From assembly GCF_000738915.1 (NCBI RefSeq), contig NW_026515636.1, positions 583,175 through 647,174 on the forward strand: a DNA stretch of 64,000 nt, read 5' to 3'. Source of the DNA: Nematocida ausubeli. Taxonomy: Eukaryota. Made by a program: the position numbers and the translations under genes. Under the pieces are notes generated by a model. That model was not told the origin of the DNA. It saw only the letters and a list, made by a program, of their open reading frames with translations, and did no database searches. Below, in pieces: positions 54,227-63,329 of the stretch (position 1 is its first letter; each line of letters begins with the position of its first letter).

Positions 54227-56530
54227 ATGGATTTAATTAATATTAATGAAAATAATATGATGGCAGGACAACCTGATAACCTTAGCATGAAAGTAACAAT
54301 AGAATTTCCGCGGGAACTAACCCAGCAGCAGAGAGATCTCAAAAATGATCTTCTAACGATCTTTGCAAGTGCAAATGACTTGCAGAGAAAGATTTCCGAT
54401 GCAACCGACAAAATGCTTATGAGTACAGAAGTCTGGAAAGAGCTGATCACTCTGAATTTCTCAGAAGAAGCAAGGAAAAGGAAAGTAGCACACTTTTTGG
54501 CTACAAACTGGATAAAGGAGCAAAATGATGACCTTATACATATTGTAGGTATGCTAAAGAGCAAAAATTGCCAGCTGACAGAGAAAGAGCTGAATCCAAA
54601 GCGTACAGAAGAAAGATTAGACCTCTTCCTGAAAGAAGTTGGCAGAGGTATAGCACACTGGATAGAAGTAGAATTTGCAATAGATCTAATAGTTGACAGA
54701 GACTATAAAGATACGCAACCCACAGGTAATTCATTACGGATGACAACCCAGGAGAGAAACTATACAAAGGCTCTGCACCAAGCATATAGAATGATAATCA
54801 ATGAAAGCAATATGATAAAAGACAAAAATTCAAACATGCACCACTATATGAAAAGTATTCTGGAGGAATACTATCATCGGATATGTAATGTGATTAGACT
54901 AGACGAGAAAGATGTAGAAGTACAGCCAGTTGATAAAATATTCATGCATAGCCCAGATGCAGTTAATATTGAGGATATACTGCGAAGTATAGAGAGTAAG
55001 TTTGCAATGGAGATGGAAAAACCCCAGCATGATACACGTGCTTCAGTTATCGCATTACTAAGTGATTTGAAGACTATTTTGCAAAACTGGGATGACATTG
55101 TGAAGGCGGAGGAGACTGTAAGAAAACTTTTCTACAGTGAAAAACTAGAGAACTTAGTATACAATTTGAATGGAAGAGATGGGGATACTTTGAAAGAATT
55201 CAACAAGAAGCTAGACAAGTATATAAGCCAACATATAAAACGAAAAGACACTGATGTGTTAAAAGCACATGCGAAGATACATGGGAAACAAAGTAAAACA
55301 GAGTATCTTCTTAAGATATACCATAACTTGATAAATCTTATCAAAAATAACGGTGATATTATCAAGAAGGCAAAAAAGATAGAGTTTTCTACAGATATTG
55401 ATGAGTGTCTGGACAGAGATGAATTATATAAGATTTATTCTTATCAAGCAGAAAGCCATGTGCAGCCATTCAGTAGAGAGCAGAAGAGTGCAGTAAATAA
55501 CTACGGTATTGGGTCAAAGAGAATGCTTTTTTCATCTTTAGACAGGTTAATTTCATTATTTTGGTCAAGATGCACACCCGATGTAGTCTATGATAGCACT
55601 GCACTCCAGGAAAACACAGAAGACCCACATTTAACTAACAGTAATTTATTAACTAGTGCTGTGAATATTTCAAACCATACGGAGACATCCAGCATGTTAA
55701 ATGAATTTAAGCCAGTGCTGCCACAAAACTTCTCTGAGAAAGTGAATTCAGTAGGTATTTTTCTCTCTGAACAGACATCTGAAAATACTGAAGAGGATTT
55801 GCACAGTATGATTACTGTGGAAAGTATTTTATCCACTGAAAATAGCTCAGAACGAACTAACTTTCTTCCTTCAAGAGAGCGATATAGGGACCTTTCAAAC
55901 GAGATAGATAGTTTAATAGACACAGAAACTGAAGAGATTTCTCTGAAAAGAATATATACTGTGGTATTTTATGTAGTTAATTCTCTTCTACTAGGGATAT
56001 CAATATACTCTACCATTCTAGGAAGCATGTTAATAGCACACATGTTTGGGTCATTAGAGAAAATATCCGTTATATATCTATTATGTGTACTTTTAGCCTG
56101 CCTATCTGGAGGACATGTAGCTTTAGATATTCTATACCTTTTGGCATCAATCATTAGAGATATACGCGCAAAAAAACACAGAATCAATACTATTCTCACT
56201 GTAGGGCTTCTATTTTTCGCTAGCATAGCCATCGGATGTGGCCTAGTCTTCCCTTTTCTATTCAATCTAGACAAAATAGACTCATATTTTTCTTGGCTGG
56301 GTCTCTCTCTTCTTGCAGCAGTTATATTTATGATATACTCAATGTGTAGCAAAGAAGAAATATTGAAGGAAATGCATAGAATAAGAGAAAGATCTGCAGT
56401 AAATCGCAAAATACCAGATATTATTTTATATGCTGTAGTAATGGTCATAGCAATCACATTAGTACATGCAGTTCAGATAGTATTACTAAATGATTTGCCT
56501 TCTTTATTCAATAGACTTTGGCAAGAATAA
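54227..56530 (+). CDS. lineage-specific protein with large helical N-domain and C-terminal ~5-TM domain
   Basis: 767-aa ORF; Ser/Thr/Glu linker followed by five hydrophobic segments; VVNSLLL resembles IINSVLL in 57053..57886. Confidence 0.85.
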   Translation: MDLININENNMMAGQPDNLSMKVTIEFPRELTQQQRDLKNDLLTIFASANDLQRKISDATDKMLMSTEVWKELITLNFSEEARKRKVAHFLATNWIKEQNDDLIHIVGMLKSKNCQLTEKELNPKRTEERLDLFLKEVGRGIAHWIEVEFAIDLIVDRDYKDTQPTGNSLRMTTQERNYTKALHQAYRMIINESNMIKDKNSNMHHYMKSILEEYYHRICNVIRLDEKDVEVQPVDKIFMHSPDAVNIEDILRSIESKFAMEMEKPQHDTRASVIALLSDLKTILQNWDDIVKAEETVRKLFYSEKLENLVYNLNGRDGDTLKEFNKKLDKYISQHIKRKDTDVLKAHAKIHGKQSKTEYLLKIYHNLINLIKNNGDIIKKAKKIEFSTDIDECLDRDELYKIYSYQAESHVQPFSREQKSAVNNYGIGSKRMLFSSLDRLISLFWSRCTPDVVYDSTALQENTEDPHLTNSNLLTSAVNISNHTETSSMLNEFKPVLPQNFSEKVNSVGIFLSEQTSENTEEDLHSMITVESILSTENSSERTNFLPSRERYRDLSNEIDSLIDTETEEISLKRIYTVVFYVVNSLLLGISIYSTILGSMLIAHMFGSLEKISVIYLLCVLLACLSGGHVALDILYLLASIIRDIRAKKHRINTILTVGLLFFASIAIGCGLVFPFLFNLDKIDSYFSWLGLSLLAAVIFMIYSMCSKEEILKEMHRIRERSAVNRKIPDIILYAVVMVIAITLVHAVQIVLLNDLPSLFNRLWQE

Positions 56531-56603
56531 AGATGTTTTACTACAAGCTTATTACTGAAAAAGAGTTAGACATAATAGCCAAATTTACATATGTATTTGA
56601 AGT

Positions 56604-56623
56604 GATTCGGGTTATATCGGGTT
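56604..56623 (+). repeat. GATTCGGGTTATATCGGGTT motif, copy 2
   Basis: Exact 20-mer equal to the reverse complement of 63296-63315. Confidence 0.85.
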
Positions 56624-57052
56624 AAACCTAAAAGCATTTCAAGTTTATTTGCATATTTGTATAAATATGCTTGTATATGCTAATTATCTATACCTGGGAG
56701 ATTTTCTTTTTGTTGAATTTCTGTTGCCAACTAAGAAAACTAAAGATAAAAATTTATTTAAAATTGCTACTAATAGAGCCACTAGCAGTACTTTTTTATT
56801 TCCACAGAATATATTTTAATTCTTTACTGTACTCTGTAGCCTTCAATACAAAGAAAGAAAGAAAAGTAAATTTACTTCAAGACTTATTTGTTGTATGGTA
56901 TATCATACAGGTAGAAATAGTAGTCCAATAAGAAAAACATTGTATTAAGTAAAGAACTTTTATTATGGGAACCCGGATACAAGGATACTCTGTATATTGA
57001 AATCCTTCTAGTCTAGGGATTCCTGTAGTAAAAAGAAACTTTCAAAGCAATT

Positions 57053-57886
57053 CTAGTTCTTGGCTATAGAATCTACTTGGCTGGCAATTTTAGAAAAGAA
57101 AATGCCTAATTTTTTGCTAAATCCATAACACCCACATCCAAGGAAAAAACTCAGTACTATGACAATTCCTGATGCATATATGGTATATTTAATATAGCTC
57201 TTATATTCTTCATAGGTTTCATCTTTTATCATTGCTATATGTACTAAACTATACACTGCTCCCATCATATCAACAGCGACAAGCATAAACGACATACACA
57301 ACAGAGAATATGCACATACAAAGTACCTTCTAAAATTGGATATATCAGGTTTATGTTGAGATCCAAAGGATAGACCAGATCCTAGTGCTACAATCAGAGT
57401 GATACTCCAAATAGGGATGGTGCGTTTTGTAAAAATACTTATATTTCTACTGTTAAAGTTAGCTGGCTTATAAAAATTAAATAGTTTTCGTAGCATATGG
57501 ACAAAGACTGAATACATTGGTAGAAGGACCAAGCCTAGTAGAAATAATGTTTGAAGATTTGAATACGAATGACTACTATCTAAAGGAAATCCTTTAATAA
57601 TAACTACTCCAAATAACAAAAAATATCCTACAAGTAAAACTGAATTTATAATACATGCACCAATATAGATCTGGTATTGCCATTCAAGATATTTTTTGTT
57701 ACTTATTTCCAATGCTTCATCTGTATTAGAGTCTGTGCCATCGATTAAAGTGTTATCTGGAGTACTATTATCCGAAGGAGTGACATCGATTAAAGTGTCA
57801 ATGGGAATACTTTTATTCAAAGGAGTATTAGTGCTTTCCATGCTATTTATTTCTCTTCCTCTATTTATAGACAACAACTCATTCAT
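57053..57886 (-). CDS. lineage-specific ~5-TM membrane protein, paralog of 51030..51794
   Basis: N-tail with TLID repeat; five hydrophobic segments; KDETYEEYKSYIKYT...GCGC. Confidence 0.8.
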   Translation of the reverse strand: MNELLSINRGREINSMESTNTPLNKSIPIDTLIDVTPSDNSTPDNTLIDGTDSNTDEALEISNKKYLEWQYQIYIGACIINSVLLVGYFLLFGVVIIKGFPLDSSHSYSNLQTLFLLGLVLLPMYSVFVHMLRKLFNFYKPANFNSRNISIFTKRTIPIWSITLIVALGSGLSFGSQHKPDISNFRRYFVCAYSLLCMSFMLVAVDMMGAVYSLVHIAMIKDETYEEYKSYIKYTIYASGIVIVLSFFLGCGCYGFSKKLGIFFSKIASQVDSIAKN

Positions 57887-57891
57887 TTATC

Positions 57892-57998
57892 AGTAATATG
57901 AGTTAATTAACAAACAAAATATAGATAGTAGTAGTAATATGAATTAATTAACAAACAAAATATAGACAGTAATAGTAATATGAGTTAATTAACAAACA
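57892..57998 (+). repeat. 41-bp tandem repeat, about 2.6 copies, each with TTAATTAA
   Basis: AGTAATATGAGTTAATTAACAAAC... at 57892, 57933 and 57974. Confidence 0.92.
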
Positions 57999-58046
57999 TA
58001 GCCTCTCATTTACTTAATATTTTTCTTATAGAAAAGTCTCAGTAGT

Positions 58047-58248
58047 CCAGAAAATACTACAAAACCAAAGAGTACTATAAGACCGAGTGAAAATCTTAAA
58101 AGAGAAGAACAAATTAGAATAAAGGACAACCAGAGTAAAAAGAGAAACAGCCGCAATACACTGAGATATTAGCAGTCTTGAGTAGACAATGTACTGACTA
58201 GTCACTGCCCCCATGAACCATTGGCTATTCATTAATAAGACATGGAAT
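58047..58248 (+). repeat. dispersed non-coding element, subfamily B, copy B2
   Basis: Inverted copy of 50773-50900, with weaker continuation matching 50635-50670. Confidence 0.9.
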
Positions 58249-58792
58249 ATTCTGCTGCTTGTATAGTTGTAGTGATATGTGTTTATTCGTACTAAGTGCT
58301 GTAATTAAACTTGGTCTCTTAAAAGGAGTCATATTAAACTAGTATTTATTTGAGAACTCAACTCTTTAAATATTTTGGTCTTTAATTTAATTTTAATATT
58401 CATTGAAATAAACCAACTATTACGAGTGTCTCGATGTAGTAATATGTTAAATAGATTTGTATCTTCAGTTTTCTTTACTGTCAGCATGAACTAATTAAAT
58501 TATGCTGTGTATTAACAAGCACAAATTTAATTATTATTGTCACCAATATCATTATATATCATATTCTATGCTGAACATAATATTCAGATTAGCTGTCGTA
58601 GTATTCGGGTCTGTACGCATAGCACTAATTTACAACTGTCATTAGAAACTATAGAAGAGAATAAATAAATTTTATGATGACTAGAACTAAGTCTAATATT
58701 CCAGAGGAATTCGGGTTTAGTAGTCCTAAGAATACTTAGTATGACAGTACAAAGAGAAATATTTCAGTGATTACAAGGATACTTTGGTATTT

Positions 58793-60781
58793 TTATTTCT
58801 TTTCCATTCTATGCCACTCATTTATCTTTGACACCATTGGATCTAGTGCATTACTGCTTGTTCTCTCTACAATATATGGCTGCAGCCACTTGGACAGTTT
58901 TTCCTTATATTTTACAAACCTTTTATCCAGCAAGAGAACACAACTATAGTCATTTTCTGCTCTAATTGATCTTCCTATTGTTTGGTTAACTGCTTGCATG
59001 CCTTTGTCTATAAAGTAGTCTTCTCCTCTGGTCTTTTGAATTAAAAGAATTTCCTCAGTTGGCTTAGGCAAAGGTATACCGCAAATAATTAGAACTCTAC
59101 ACAAATCATTACTAAAATTAATTCCTTCACTGAAGTTTCCACCCATCACACACACCATAAGCACCTTTCTTTCCTTTTTCAATCTCTCTTTATACTCCTG
59201 CATAGATGCAGTCCCTTCAAATAGTATATTTACATTACTGATTCTTTCTCTTGCTGTATACAATTTTAATATGCTAAGAACACTTTTAGACTGAACAAAT
59301 AGTAATATTCCTCCTTTTTCAATCTTCTTATAGTATAGCATTGCCAGACTAAAGGCCCTCATGACCTCTTCATTTCTTTTATTGTACACAAACGAGTAGT
59401 CACTGCAGATGGCTACTTGGATATTTTTGCATACAGAAGGATATGTTCTTTTGGTTACTTCTCTATTAAATAGCAGTGATATATCTGAGGACTGAGTCAA
59501 TGTACCACCAATTGCCAGAATACTCTTAATATCCATAAAATATGAGAGATAGTCTGAAGGATATATATTTTTAAGGGTTATCTGTCCTTTCTCCTTAACT
59601 ATATAACTGTGTCTGTCGCATTCTCCTAATAATCTGACCAATTTACACAACCTTCTTAAAATATCCTCTTTTTTGTTCTCTACATCATCCGTGCGCATGG
59701 GAAATACTTTACTGGGTAGAAATGGATCTATTCTTTCTGCTATTTCTAACAGATTTATATGATCCAGCTCTGCATCTATCAAGAATCTATTTATATTATA
59801 AATCTCAGCTTGTCCTGTATCCGTAGCATCTTCCTTGGTGCTTCTCTTTAAATACTCAAATACACCAGATACAAAGATGAATAGTTCTAAGAAATCCACT
59901 TTACGTTTACCTTCCTGCTTATTCATGTACTCACTGTACACTGGGATTATCTGAGATAGTTCTGATTCACTTATACCTGCAGAGTACTCATCTAGTACTG
60001 TGCTGTATAAATTATGTGCTTCATCAATTATTAGCACAGTTTCACTCATCTGTATCCCGAGTTCACTAAAAAAGTCCTTCTGTAGGAGAAGAGAGTAAGG
60101 AAGAATTATAATTGAAGCATTTCTTGCTTGGTGCTTCAAATAGAAGTATGGGCACACTCTGCATGAATTTCCCAATGAGATAGCCTCTTCAATAGATATT
60201 GTATTCTTATTGGATCTCTCTGCCTTTCCTTCCTGTAAATTATTGTAAAATGAACACTTTCTATCCTTAGTGGTTGATCTGCACATATTATTTATGTCTT
60301 TGGAGGCATTCACCTTATAGTTAATACAGGTCTGTCTTCTAGACCCTAGAACTACCCCTGATGTATGCATTCCTGAATATTTATTTAATTCTTCTAATTC
60401 TTTGACTACTTGGTCTAGCTGTGTATGAGTACGGCAGGCATATATAACACGCTTATTTGTTCTGTTATATAAGCTTTTTAACAGATCTGCATTAGCCTTT
60501 GAAACTCCTTCTGTAATAAACTCACTATCACCCAGGTACTCCATTGCAGTTATTAAGCTGGAGAGAGTCTTTCCTGTTCCTGTTGGACTCTCCAGTATAC
60601 CCAGCCTGTTATTTCTAATTATTTCAGTTGCATCTTTAATAAAGTCTTTCTGGCCTTGGTACAGTTCATGTGGTAAATTAAATTTATCTTTAATCTCCTT
60701 ATCTCTTTTTTTTATCTGCACTATATCCTTACTATCTAGATTTAATTTAGTTCTCTTTGCTTCCCCTGGTGTCTTAGCCAT
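58793..60781 (-). CDS. CHL1: Chl1/DDX11 Fe-S DNA helicase (XPD family)
   Basis: ESPTGTGKTLS, YACRTHTQLDQ, Fe-S cysteines (CIN, CR, CSFY, CPYF), IIDEAHNL, GGTL, GGNFSEGINFSNDLCR, VNQTIGRSIR. Confidence 0.9.
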   Translation of the reverse strand: MAKTPGEAKRTKLNLDSKDIVQIKKRDKEIKDKFNLPHELYQGQKDFIKDATEIIRNNRLGILESPTGTGKTLSSLITAMEYLGDSEFITEGVSKANADLLKSLYNRTNKRVIYACRTHTQLDQVVKELEELNKYSGMHTSGVVLGSRRQTCINYKVNASKDINNMCRSTTKDRKCSFYNNLQEGKAERSNKNTISIEEAISLGNSCRVCPYFYLKHQARNASIIILPYSLLLQKDFFSELGIQMSETVLIIDEAHNLYSTVLDEYSAGISESELSQIIPVYSEYMNKQEGKRKVDFLELFIFVSGVFEYLKRSTKEDATDTGQAEIYNINRFLIDAELDHINLLEIAERIDPFLPSKVFPMRTDDVENKKEDILRRLCKLVRLLGECDRHSYIVKEKGQITLKNIYPSDYLSYFMDIKSILAIGGTLTQSSDISLLFNREVTKRTYPSVCKNIQVAICSDYSFVYNKRNEEVMRAFSLAMLYYKKIEKGGILLFVQSKSVLSILKLYTARERISNVNILFEGTASMQEYKERLKKERKVLMVCVMGGNFSEGINFSNDLCRVLIICGIPLPKPTEEILLIQKTRGEDYFIDKGMQAVNQTIGRSIRAENDYSCVLLLDKRFVKYKEKLSKWLQPYIVERTSSNALDPMVSKINEWHRMEKK

Positions 60782-61059
60782 TTGAATAAAAATATAAAAT
60801 GGTCTTTATACTCTATCCTTTATAAGAGACTTATGCTAAACATCTACAGTGCCAGATATTATTATTCCTGTTGTATTCTTGTGCATTATAATACTCCCGG
60901 ATATATTTATATATTCCTGTACTACTGCATAAATTACTGTGCACTCACCAGAAATTCTTTTTAGTAAATTTGAACTCTTTAGGGGAGAACCAGAGTGGAT
61001 GGAAATTCTTTCTATGGCAATGAAGCCAGCTGCAAAATAATATCTATAAGAGAGGTTAT

Positions 61060-61491
61060 TTATTTAATGCATGAAGCCATTGATGAGATCTTTGGCCATA
61101 ATTCTGCGCACTCTTTTGCTACTGGTCCGGAAATGGCAGTTCCCTTTATTTCTCCCTTTGCGGTGATAACAACTGCTGCATTGTCCTCGAATGAGATGAA
61201 CACACCATCCTTTCTTCTCCAGGACTTTCTCTGTCTAATAAGTACTGCTGGGACAACCTTCTTTCTCATGTCTGGCTTTCCTTTCTTAACTGATGCTACA
61301 ATAATGTCTCCTGGTGCTGCAAATGGAAGTCTGTTGAGTCTTGACTTGCATCCTTTCACTGCAATAATCTTCACAACCTTGGCTCCTCCATTGTCTGCAC
61401 AGTTAATAACTGATCCAACCTGCACTCCGGCTGTTATTTTGTACCGGGATGCAATTCTTTTTAATCCAGACTTTTCGTTCTTTCCTACCAT
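61060..61491 (-). CDS. RPL23: 60S ribosomal protein L23 (uL14)
   Basis: [48 protein letters not shown]. Confidence 0.97.
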   Translation of the reverse strand: MVGKNEKSGLKRIASRYKITAGVQVGSVINCADNGGAKVVKIIAVKGCKSRLNRLPFAAPGDIIVASVKKGKPDMRKKVVPAVLIRQRKSWRRKDGVFISFEDNAAVVITAKGEIKGTAISGPVAKECAELWPKISSMASCIK

Positions 61492-61527
61492 TATTTATTA
61501 CTGGGGGAGTGAAAAAAGAAAACTAAA
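61492..61527. promoter_or_regulatory. 36-bp divergent spacer between RPL23 and CDC7 with a single G5/C5 run
   Basis: TATTTATTACTGGGGGAGTGAAAAAAGAAAACTAAA. CCC/GGG motifs near start codons are established for microsporidia. Confidence 0.65.
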
Positions 61528-62541
61528 ATGAAAGAGAATAATTTTCAGCAGGACTTCCAAATGAGTCAAAAGATTGGGGAGGGTGCTTTCAGCTCTGTAT
61601 ACATAGGGGAGGAGAAGGGAGAGAGAAAAGTGGCCATTAAGAAAATTAACAGAACCACATCCCCAAGCAGAATAGCAAATGAACTTAAACTTCTAATAAG
61701 CCTACAAGGAATGAAGAATATTATTGAAGTAATTGACATATACAGGTCAGATAAAGACATCTGCATTGTATTCCCGTATGTAAAGATCAATGACTTCAAG
61801 GAAATACTTGAAATATGTACTATTTCAGATATAAAGTGCTATATGTTTGAGCTTCTAACAGCAATACAAGGTGTTCACTCTCATAATATCATTCATAGAG
61901 ATATAAAACCAAGTAATTTTCTGTATGATTTAGAGAAAAAGACAGGCTGGCTCATTGACTTTGGTCTTTCCCAGAAAATAGAGAAAAAAAATGAAGATGT
62001 TGAGACAGACCAAACAGCAAAAAGACGGAAATTCTTCTTTAGCTCGCATTTGGCTGGGAAGAGTAAGCCTATTATCTCTAGGGCACCAGGTTATCTGATA
62101 CGAGATTCTCGTCCATCTATGACTGCATCTAGATCTGGTACTCGTGGATTTAAGGCACCTGAAGTACTCTTTAGAGTTGAGGCACAGACAACAGCCATAG
62201 ACATATGGAGTGCAGGAGTGATCCTTCTCTCACTTCTCTGCAAGAAATATCCCTTCTTTACATCAAAGGATGACATAGGCACACTTGTTGAGATAGGCAC
62301 TGTCTTTGGGGATGAAGAGATGAGGCAGGCTGCAAAGTTCTACAAACGAGTTTGGAAGAGCAATATAGAAGCATGTATGCACCCGGCAGTTCCCTTTGAG
62401 AAGCTTGTTGAGATGGCAATTAAGAAAAAGCCACATTTCCCAAGCTCTGTATTCGACCTACTAGAGAAAATGCTTATGTTAAAGACATCAGAGAGAATAA
62501 CTGCAGATGAAGCACTAAGACACAAGTTCTTCAGTGACTAG
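61528..62541 (+). CDS. CDC7: Cdc7 serine/threonine kinase
   Basis: IGEGAFSSVY, TTSPSRIANEL, HRDIKPSNFLY, LIDFGL, kinase insert ending ASRSGTRGFKAPEVL, QTTAIDIWSAG. Confidence 0.93.
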   Translation: MKENNFQQDFQMSQKIGEGAFSSVYIGEEKGERKVAIKKINRTTSPSRIANELKLLISLQGMKNIIEVIDIYRSDKDICIVFPYVKINDFKEILEICTISDIKCYMFELLTAIQGVHSHNIIHRDIKPSNFLYDLEKKTGWLIDFGLSQKIEKKNEDVETDQTAKRRKFFFSSHLAGKSKPIISRAPGYLIRDSRPSMTASRSGTRGFKAPEVLFRVEAQTTAIDIWSAGVILLSLLCKKYPFFTSKDDIGTLVEIGTVFGDEEMRQAAKFYKRVWKSNIEACMHPAVPFEKLVEMAIKKKPHFPSSVFDLLEKMLMLKTSERITADEALRHKFFSD

Positions 62542-62625
62542 TATGAATTATATCTGACTAAGTCTTAAGTAAGTCTACTGTGCAGTATTAAACTATGCCA
62601 GATATCATTAAATAAATACAAGTGT

Positions 62626-62762
62626 TTATTTTGTCCTGTTCTCTACTGTTCTCTACTGTACTCTACTGCACTGTATCCTTTGAGACTGGATTTTTAGCTG
62701 CAAATTATTTTGTCCTGTTCTCTACTGTTCTCTACTGTACTCTACTGCATTGTATACTTTGA
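62626..62762 (+). repeat. 79-bp-period duplication built from 10-bp units (CTGTTCTCTA)
   Basis: TTATTTTGTCCTGTTCTCTACTGTTCTCTACTGTACTCTACTGCA at 62626 and 62705. Confidence 0.92.
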
Positions 62763-63087
62763 ATAAACCACAGAAACTCATATATATATAGTGTGGTAAA
62801 ATTCCCACTTTCATTATTCTGAAGCCACAAGAGTCCATCAATGATAATTTCACTTTCCAGAAGATTCCTCGTATATCAGAGACTGACTATATAATAGTAA
62901 GCTAGTAAGAACAATACTGAAAGGGCGGAATATGTCAACAGTAAGAAATATATCCATCAAGTACACAAAAGGTCACAGTCACCAACTGAAAAAATATGAT
63001 AATAAACCTTCCTGCACAACTACCCCTATTAGAGTCTAAAATACTACTATCTCCAGACTAGCTTGTCTACCCCTTTAGTCACGTCAA
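62763..63087 (+). repeat. dispersed non-coding element, subfamily A, copy A2 (longest)
   Basis: Aligns with 34732-34938 and with the reverse complement of 4432-4679; its tail aligns with the reverse complement of 50681-50727. Confidence 0.9.
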
Positions 63088-63295
63088 TTCCTAGTATAGA
63101 CTACCTTCTGCTGTATATTTGCTTTAAGTGCTTTTATTCTAGCATGACTATATTATGAATTATAGCCCTAATAATTAAAGAGTTATAGTCTGCAGTACTT
63201 AGACAATATTCTGAAGGAATTGCAGTATAGTAATATATCGATAGATATAACTATCTTACAGATTAGAGTAAATATTTATGTCTAGTGCAACCAGA

Positions 63296-63315
63296 AACCC
63301 GATATAACCCGAATC
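63296..63315 (-). repeat. GATTCGGGTTATATCGGGTT motif, copy 3
   Basis: AACCCGATATAACCCGAATC on the plus strand, 15 bp past the stop of the 63330 gene. Confidence 0.85.
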
Positions 63316-63329
63316 CTTTAAAATCTTTA

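Noticed and set aside
57892..57998. CRISPR-like array
   Set aside because: Head-to-tail repeats without unique spacers, no cas genes, eukaryotic context.
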